Below, in pieces: positions 54,995-64,000 of a stretch of 64,000 bases of DNA (within the stretch, counting starts at the first letter, position 1; the number at the start of each line of letters is the position of its first letter). The notes under the pieces are model-generated. The model was given only the letters and a program-made list of their open reading frames with translations, did no database searches and had not been told where the DNA came from. The DNA is from Macrostomum lignano (lineage: Eukaryota): positions 310,001 to 374,000 of the forward strand of contig NIVC01000522.1 in assembly GCA_002269645.1 (NCBI GenBank). The letters are read 5' to 3'. A program made the position numbers and the translations under genes.

Positions 54995-57900
54995 TCAAGT
55001 CGGCAGGAACACCAAAGGCGGGCAGAGGCCGCTGCCTCCGCCGCTGTCGTCTCCAATGCCGACCAGGAAGACCAGGGCGACGCTTTGACGGCGTTTCGCT
55101 CGGAAATCAGTGAGCCAACGGCGAAGTCGGTCGAGAAGCTTGCGCTGCCCGGTGGCTTCACGGCGGTGTTCGCCAAGGGCCTCTTTCCAGCCCGCCTGCA
55201 GGTATTTGGAGGGGCGATTCTCAGGTGAGATTTAGGGCGATTCTCAGGTGAGATTTAGGGCGATTCTCAGGTGAGATTTGGGGTGATTCTCAAGTGAGAT
55301 TTGGGGTGATTCTCAGGTGAGATTTGGGGTGATTCTCAAGTGAGATTTGGGGTGATTCTCAGGTGAGATTTGGGGTGATTCTCAGGTGAGATTTGGGGTG
55401 ATTCTCAGGTGAGATTTGGGGTGATTCTCAGGTGAGATTTGGGGTGATTCTCAGGTAAAGATTTGAGGCGATTCTCAGATGGGATTTTAGGCGGTTCTCA
55501 GGTGACATTTTAAGCGATTCTCAGGTGAAATTTGAGGCGATTCTCAGAAGAGATTTGAGAAGATTCTCTAGTGAGATTCGGCTGGATTCTGAGATGAGAC
55601 TTAAGGCGATTCTCTGGTGAGATTCGGCCGGATTCTGAGATGAGATTTGAGGCGATTCTTTGGTGAGATTCGGGCCAGTTCTGAGATGAGATTTGAGGTG
55701 ACTCTCAGGTGAGATTTAGGGCGATTCTCAGGTGAGATTTGGGGTGATTCTCAGGTGAGATTCGGCTGGATTCTGAGATGAGATTTGAGGCGATTCTCTA
55801 GTGAGATTCGGCCGGATTCTGAGATGAGATTTGAGGCGACTCTCAGGTGAGATTTTAGGCGAATCTCAGGTGAGATTTGAGGCAACTCTCAGGTGAGATT
55901 TGGGGGCAGATTCTCCAGCTTGCTCAAGCAGTGGCTAATATTCTCAGTCTCACCTGCCAGTCGTCCTCCGTGCCAGCCGGTCGCAGACAGGCAACCAGCT
56001 GGCGATGGCTGGAGTCGCCGAGCTCGGTGACCACCGCCCGCAGCTGCAACCCGCCGCTAGCAGCAGCCGCCGCCGAAGCGGCCGCGATGGCAGCCAGCCG
56101 GGCCCGAGCCTGCGACTCGGCCTTCCGCCGCTGGTGATGCTGGTACCTGTCCCCCAGCAGCAGGGTCACTGAGATCGACGCCTCGAAGTCTTCGTTAGAG
56201 ATCTGCTGACCAGCCGGGTCGGCAAGGAGACCACCGGCGGCAGCATCGGTAGCTCCGGGATCGTCGCCGAGGATCCCAGCCGTTACGGAAGTTGACCCGG
56301 AGGCAGCCGAGGCCGCGGAGACGCCGGTGGCCATGGCCGCCGCTCCGCCACCCGGTTCGCTCGACCCCGCCTTCAGCGACAGCGACGAGTGCGTCTCGAC
56401 GCCGCCAGAGGCTGGGCGACCAGCGACGCCATCGCAGAGGTGCCTGACGACGTCGTCCAGACTGCGGACCGACTGCTCAGAGATGCTCCAGTTGTTGCCG
56501 GCGGCTGGCAGGTGCTTCAGGTAGCGGATGCGGAAGGCGCGCGAGACCGACAGGCTGAGAAGGTGGGGGGGGGATAAAGTCTTTTGGTGGCTTGATTCTC
56601 TTCCCAAACCATTTCTAATCTCCTATCTACCCAAGCTTCCCACTATCTACCCAATCTTCCCACTATCTACCCAAGCTTCCCACTATCTACCCAATCTTCC
56701 CACTATCTACCCAATCTTCCCCCTATCTACCCAATCTTCCCACTATCTACCCAATCTTCCCACTATCTACCCAATCTTCCCCCTATCTCCCCAATCTTCC
56801 CACTATCTACCCAATCTTCCCACTATCTACCCAATCTTCCCCTTTCTACCCAATCTTCCCACTATCTACCCAATCTTCCCCTATCTACTCAATCTTCCCA
56901 ATATCTACCCAAGCTTCCCCACTATCTACCCAATCTTCCCACTATCTACCCTATCTTCCCACTATCTACCCAATCTACCTGATACCTCTATCTACCCAAT
57001 CTTCCGACTATCTACCTAATCTTCCCAAATTCTGTGGCAACAGTCGAATCCTAAAAGCTTTCACTCACCGATCGCTCGCACTGAGAGCAGCTGAGGACCC
57101 GCCGGTCGCGGAGCCGGCTGTGGCGCCATCGGCGGGTTCCGGCGCCAGTACGACGCAGGCGGCGCGATGCTCGCGAAACAGGCGTCGCAGTTCATCCGTG
57201 CCGTCAAGGAGCTCCTCGGAGGCCGGCGTTGCCAAGGCCTGCAGGTTGCGCAGCCATAGCCGGTGAAGGAGGCGGCAGGCGGACTCCCGCATGCCCAGAG
57301 GGCCCAGTGGCGCCACCAGAACGGCAGGACGATCCAACGGACTCGACCAACCTGCCGACGGTCTGGGAGGCGGCGATGGCCTTCGACGGATGATCTTCGG
57401 GTGGAGAAAATGACGAGGTTGAGAGGGGGTGCCTCATGAATTTTCAGGCATGTCTCATGGAAATTATCAGGTGTATCTCATGGAGATTCTCAGGTGAGTC
57501 TAATGGAGATGCACAGGCGTTTCAGGGAGAATATCAGGTGTCTCATGGAGATTCTCAGGTGAGTCACATGGAGATTTTCAGGTGAGTCTCATGAAGATTC
57601 TCAGATGAGTCTCATGGAGATTATCAGATGAGTCTCATGGAGATTCTCAGGTGAGTCTCATGAAGATTCTCAGGTGTGTCTCATGGAGATTCTCAAGTGA
57701 GTCTCATAGAGATTCTCAGATGAGTCTCATGGAGATTCTCAGGTGAGTCTCATGAAGATTCTCAGGTGTGTCTCATGGAGATTCTCAGACGTGTCTCATG
57801 GAGATTCTCAGGTGAGTCTCATGAAGATTCTCAGGTGTGTCTTATGAATTCTCAGGTGAGTCTCATAGAGATTCTCAGATGAGTCTCATGGAGATTATCA

Positions 57901-60900
57901 GATGAGTCTCATGGAGATTCTCAGGTGAGTCTCATGAAGATTCTCAGGTGTGTCTCATGGAGATTCTCAAGTGAGTCTCATAGAGATTCTCAGATGAGTC
58001 TCATGGAGATTCTCAGGTGAGTCTCATGAAGATTCTCAGGTGTGTCTCATGGAGATTCTCAGACGTGTCTCATGGAGATTCTCAGGTGAGTCTCATGAAG
58101 ATTCTCAGGTGTGTCTTATGAATTCTCAGGTGAGTCTCATAGAGATTCTCAGATGAGTCTCATGGAGATTATCAGATGAGTCTCATGGAGATTCTCAGGT
58201 GAGTCTCATGAAGATTCTCAGGTGTGTCTCATGGAGATTCTCAGGTGAGTCTCATAGAGATTCTCAGATGAGTCTCATGGAGATTCTCAGGTGAGTCTCA
58301 TGAAGATTCTCAGGTGTGTCTCATGGAGATTCTCAGACGTGTCTCATGGAGATTCTCAGGTGAGTCTCATGAAGATTCTCAGGTGTGTCTTATGAATTCT
58401 CAGGTGAGTCTCATAGAGATTCTCAGATGAGTCTCATGGAGATTCTCAGGTAAGTCTGATGAAGATTCTCAGGTGAGTCTCATGAAGATTCTCAGATGAG
58501 TCTCATAGAGATTCTCAGGTGAGTCTCATGAAGATTCTCAGGTGTGTCTAATGGAGATTTTCAGACGTGTATCATGGAGATTATCAGGTGTGTCTCATGA
58601 AGATCATCAGATGAGTCTCATGGAGATTCTCAGGTGAGTCTCATGGAGATTTTCAGGTGAGTCTCATGAAGATTCTCAGGTGAGTCTCATGAAGATTCTC
58701 AGGTGTGTCTTATGAATTCTCAGGTGAGTCTCATAGAGATTCTCAGATGAGTCTCATGGAGATTCTCAGATGAGTCTCACGGAAATTCTCAGGTGTGTCT
58801 CATGGAGATTTTCAGGTGTGTCTCATGGAGATTCTCAGGTGTGTCTCATGAAGATTCTCAGGTGTGTCTCATGGAGATTCTCAGACGTGTCTCATGGAGA
58901 TTCTCAGGTGAGTCTCATGAAGATTCTCAGGTGTGTCTTATGAATTCTCAGGTGAGTCTCATAGAGATTCTCAGATGAGTCTCATGGAGATTATCAGATG
59001 AGTCTCATGGAGATTCTCAGGTGAGTCTCATGAAGATTCTCAGGTGTGTCTCATGGAGATTCTCAGGTGAGTCTCATAGAGATTCTCAGATGAGTCTCAT
59101 GGAGATTCTCAGGTGAGTCTCATGAAGATTCTCAGGTGTGTCTCATGGAGATTCTCAGACGTGTCTCATGGAGATTCTCAGGTGAGTCTCATGAAGATTC
59201 TCAGGTGTGTCTTATGAATTCTCAGGTGAGTCTCATAGAGATTCTCAGATGAGTCTCATGGAGATTCTCAGGTAAGTCTGATGAAGATTCTCAGGTGAGT
59301 CTCATGAAGATTCTCAGATGAGTCTCATAGAGATTCTCAGGTGAGTCTCATGAAGATTCTCAGGTGTGTCTAATGGAGATTTTCAGACGTGTATCATGGA
59401 GATTATCAGGTGTGTCTCATGAAGATCATCAGATGAGTCTCATGGAGATTCTCAGGTGAGTCTCATGGAGATTTTCAGGTGAGTCTCATGAAGATTCTCA
59501 GGTGAGTCTCATGAAGATTCTCAGGTGTGTCTTATGAATTCTCAGGTGAGTCTCATAGAGATTCTCAGATGAGTCTCATGGAGATTCTCAGATGAGTCTC
59601 ACGGAAATTCTCAGGTGTGTCTCATGGAGATTTTCAGGTGTGTCTCATGGAGATTCTCAGGTGTGTCTCATGGAGATTCTCATGGAAATGGAAAATCTTT
59701 GGTGAGACTAGAGCGAATCTAAGCAGGACAATTCCCCCAACCTGAGCCAGTCTATCGAACGCAAAGCTGACACCAACGGCGCCAGATCCGGGAGGCGGCG
59801 CGGATGCTGCCGCGGCTGCTGGCCGAGCAAATCGGCGTAGCAAGTCGTCGTAGCGACCGCCCGACGCCAGGACGTCGAGTCGCCAATTGGCGCCGGTCTG
59901 CCCCGTCGGGGTCATCGCCATGAGCTGGAAGCAGATCCCGCTGCTGTACACCGCGTAGCCGCCGACACCGCCGACAAACAGCGGGCGAGCCCGGATGGCC
60001 AGCGGCCTGGCAAAGCCGAACTTCTCGTACAGCAGACGGGTCTGGTCGATGGCCGACAGGCCGCGCTTGATGAGAGCGGCGGCGTCGCGATTGGCGCCGC
60101 TAAACACGCGCCTGGTTGGGGGAGGGAGGTCGGCGAAAGGCTTTAGCGACGCTATCGACATCTCTAGGACGCTATCAACATCTCTAGGACGCTATCGACA
60201 TCTCTAGGACGCTATCGAGCACCTGTAGTAGCTGTACATCTGAAGCGACACTATCGACATCTCTAGAGTGCTCTACTTAATCACTACTGGAACCTACTCA
60301 ACCGCAGCTTAGAACCAACTCAACCATAACCGGAACCTACTGAACCGCAGCTTGGAACCAACTCAACCATAACCGGAACCTACTGAACCGCAGCTTGGAA
60401 CAAACTCAACCATAACCGGAACCTACTGAACCACAGCTTGGAACCAACTCAACCATAACCGGAACCTACTGAACCGCAGCTTGGAACAAACTCAACCATA
60501 ACCGGAACCTACTGAACCGCAGCTTGGAACAAACTCAACCATAACCGGAACCTACTCAACCGCAACCGGAACCTACTCAACCGCAACCGGAACCTACTCA
60601 ACCGCAACCGGAACCTACTCAACCACAACGGGAACTTACTCAACCACAACGGGAACTTACTCAACCACAACGGGAACTTACTCAACTACAATCGGAGCTT
60701 ACTCAACCGCAACCGGAACTTACTCAACTACAACCGGAACTTACTCAACCACAACGGGAACCTACTCAACCACAACAGGAACTTACTCAACCACAACAGG
60801 AACTTACTCAACCACAACAGGAACTTACTCAACTACAACCGGAACTTACTCAACTACAACCGGACGTTAGTCAACTACAACCGGAGCTTACTCAACCGCA

Positions 60901-63444
60901 ACCGTAACTTACTCAACCACAACCGGAACCGGAACTCAACTACAACCGGAACTTACTCAACTACAACCGGACGTTAGTCAACTACAACCGGAGCTTACTC
61001 AACCGCAACCGTAACTTACTCAACCACAACCGGAACTTACTCAACTACAACCGGAACTTACTCAACCACAACGGGAACCTACTCAACCACAACAGGAACT
61101 TACTCAACCACAACAGGAACTTACTCAACTACAACCGGACGTTAGTCAACTACAACCGGAGCTTACTCAACCGCAACCGTAACTTACTCAACCACAACCG
61201 GAACTTACTCAACTACAACCGGAACTTACTCAACCACAACGGGAACCTACTCAACCACAACAGGAACTTACTCAACCACAACAGGAACTTACTCAACCAC
61301 AACAGGAACTTACTCAACTACAACCGGAACTTACTCAACTACAACTGGACGTTAGTCAACTACAACCGGAACTTACTCAACTACAACCGGAGCTTACTCA
61401 ACCACAACGGGAACCTACTCAACCACAACGGGAACCTACTCAACCACAACAGGAACTTACTCAGCCACAACAGGAACTTACTCAACCATAACCGGAACTT
61501 ACTCAACTACAACCAGAGCTTACTCAACTACAACGGGAACCTACTCAACTACAACCGGAACTTACTCAACTACAACTGGACGTTAATCAACTACAACAGG
61601 AACCTACTCAACAATAACCGGAAGCTACTCAACCGCCCTAAGAGCCCATCACCAGCAGCAGCACCTGTAATAACCGCCCTGCAGCAGAGTGGCAGCGTCA
61701 GTCTCCTCAGCCAGTAAGCCGGCCAGCCGATGCACACTCTGCCCATCCAGCTCCAGTCCGGACAGCCGCTCGGCCAGCTCGGCAACCACAGAGCCGGCAA
61801 CCGAGGCAGCCCCAGCCGAGGCGGGCGGCAGCTGCAGTCTTTCGCAGACTTCAGCCTGGCGAGCTTCCGGCACTCCACAGTACAGCAGGGTGCCTTTCAA
61901 CAGGGCCGCGTGGTTCACGATCAGGGCTGGACGGAGCTGCTGAAGCTGCGGCTGATGCTGCTGGCGTTCCTGCTGGCGTTGTTGACGACGGCGATGCTGC
62001 TGCTGCCGGAGCTGCTGCGGCTGCTGATTGTCCAGCGCGAATTCGTCCACAACTTCGTGGACCAGGTGCAACAGCTCGGCCTCCGCGTCTTGGGCCTGGG
62101 GGAGCAGCAGGGTGGGAGTAGATTGGGGTAGAGTAGATTGGGGGTGAAGTAAATTTGGGCATATAGAGTGTATTGATGTAGAGTGATGTAGAGTAGATTG
62201 GGGTGCAGTAGGTTGGGGTAGGTTAAACGAGGAAGAAGAGAGTGAGGCGAAAAATGCGAGTTGCATCAGTAATACACGGCTTACCCTACCCTACCCACTC
62301 CATCACCCTACTCCTCACCCTATCCACCCTACTCCTCACCCTATCCACCCTACTCCTCACCCTACTCCTCACCCTACCCACCCTACTCCTCACCCTACCT
62401 ACCCTACTCCTCACCCTACTCCTCACCCTACCCACCCTACTCCTCACCCTATTCCTCACCCTACCCACCCCACTCCTCACCCTACCCACCCCATTCCTCA
62501 CCCTACCCACCCCATTCCTCATCCTACCCACCCCACTCCTCATCCTACCCACCCCACTCCTCATCCTACCCACCCCACTCCTCACCCTACCCACCCCATT
62601 CCTCACCCTACCCACCCCACTCCATTACCCTACCCACCCCACTCCTCACCCTACCCACCCCATTCCTCACCCTACCCACCCCACTCCTCAACAGCCAACC
62701 CAGCCCACTCCAAACCCAGCTGTAGTAGCACCAACCGCATTAGCGTGGCACACAATGTCAAAGGCGCAGTCGGTCATCTCCCTCGGATGCGTGTCCATCG
62801 TCCGCTCGCGCACCACCCGATCGATGGCGTACCTTCGGGCAGACTGGACGCCCGCCCTGGCGGCAAAGCGGGCGTAGGGAACGCGCAAGTCGCAGGGCAG
62901 GCCAAGGACGTCGCCGTCCTTGCCGAGATAATAGACTGTCAGCGGCCGCAGCAGGTCCTCGAAGGCGTCCAAGCGGGGCATCACCAGCGGTGTCTGCTGG
63001 CACACAGCGCCGTGACGGGCGAACACCTGGCGTGGGAGGCGAGGATATGCTGTGAACGAGTTCCTGGACATTTCCAATGCAACAGGCCCACTGTCACAAT
63101 CGCAAGCATTATAAAACACTCTCTGTAGCAGATTCCCACCACCAGACATCCCTAACACAGACATCCCCACCACAGACAACCCCACACCACAGACATCCCC
63201 ACCACAGACATCCCCACCACAGACATCCCCACCACAGACATCCCACCACAGACAATGAATGCAATCATCACTCACCCGTTCAAAAGCGTCCCGTGTCCAT
63301 CGCCTTGCTGAAAGCAATTCGACAGGCGTTGGTCGGCACATGTCGACATCGAAAGCGTGATCCTCCGGCAGGGTGACCTTCCGGCTGAACAGGCAGTTCA
63401 GTAGAAACTTGTAGTTGCGGCTCTCCGGCATGGCGACTGCGCTT
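54995..63444 (-). CDS. EIF2AK4: eIF2-alpha kinase GCN2, HisRS-like and C-terminal domains; kinase part lies beyond the window
   Basis: Exons 63444-63276, 63026-62736, 62095-61675, 60163-59742, 57394-57069, 56554-55954, 55195-54995 (TGA); phases consistent. Motifs: VFARHGAV..TPL; LPCDLRVPYARFAAR..RRYAIDRVVR..HPREMTDCAFDIV; AELL; SGICFQ; VLASGGRYDDL; AVGVSFAFDRL. Confidence 0.9.
55215..55915. repeat. 23-bp minisatellite GATTCTCAGGTGAGATTTGGGGT (last GCN2 intron)
   Basis: Direct reading. Confidence 0.93.
56615..57025. repeat. 20-bp minisatellite CCCAATCTTCCCACTATCTA
   Basis: Direct reading. Confidence 0.93.
57435..59690. repeat. 23-bp minisatellite GAGATTCTCAGGTGAGTCTCATG with 274/822-bp higher-order periods
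   Basis: AGACGT variant at 57787, 58061, 58335; GGTAAGT variant at 58449 and 59271. Confidence 0.95.
60285..61635. repeat. 43-bp then 21-bp minisatellite (CAACCGGAACTTACTCAAC(T/C)A)
   Basis: Direct reading. Confidence 0.93.
62100..62715. repeat. 21-bp C-rich minisatellite CCCTACCCACCC(T/C)ACTCCTCA
   Basis: Direct reading. Confidence 0.92.
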
Positions 63445-63464
63445 CTGCAATGGGTTTGTGGGTA

Positions 63465-64000
<536 letters not shown>

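Overview
Eukaryotic (animal) genomic DNA with GC-rich exons separated by introns packed with simple repeats. The style resembles a free-living flatworm such as Macrostomum, but that is inference, not identification. Six spliced or intronless protein-coding genes can be reconstructed with consistent GT-AG phases: (1) a NETO/SOL-2-like CUB-CUB-LDLa-TM gene (+, 5' end outside the window); (2) a PP1-family gene whose catalytic residues are almost all lost (+); (3) an intronless thioredoxin + 3xNDK gene, NME8/TXNDC3-like (-); (4) SHP2/PTPN11 (+); (5) a SCHIP1 homologue with an N-terminal IQ motif split across an intron (-); (6) the 3' half of GCN2/EIF2AK4 (-). Roughly half the window is tandem repeat, with more than 35 distinct arrays, most inside introns. 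The largest is a 7.7-kb 24-bp minisatellite with a 1744-bp higher-order period, lying between Helitron-like termini. The most unusual signals are: intronic arrays whose pre-mRNA strand carries many copies of the complement of the 5' splice site (U1-like CUUACCUG / CUCACCUG); the PPP pseudophosphatase; the IQ-SCHIP1 architecture; a tandemly duplicated 3' splice junction in GCN2; a sharply bounded CpG-depleted island; and arrays built on canonical transcription-factor motifs. Most long ORFs in the supplied track are repeat artefacts.
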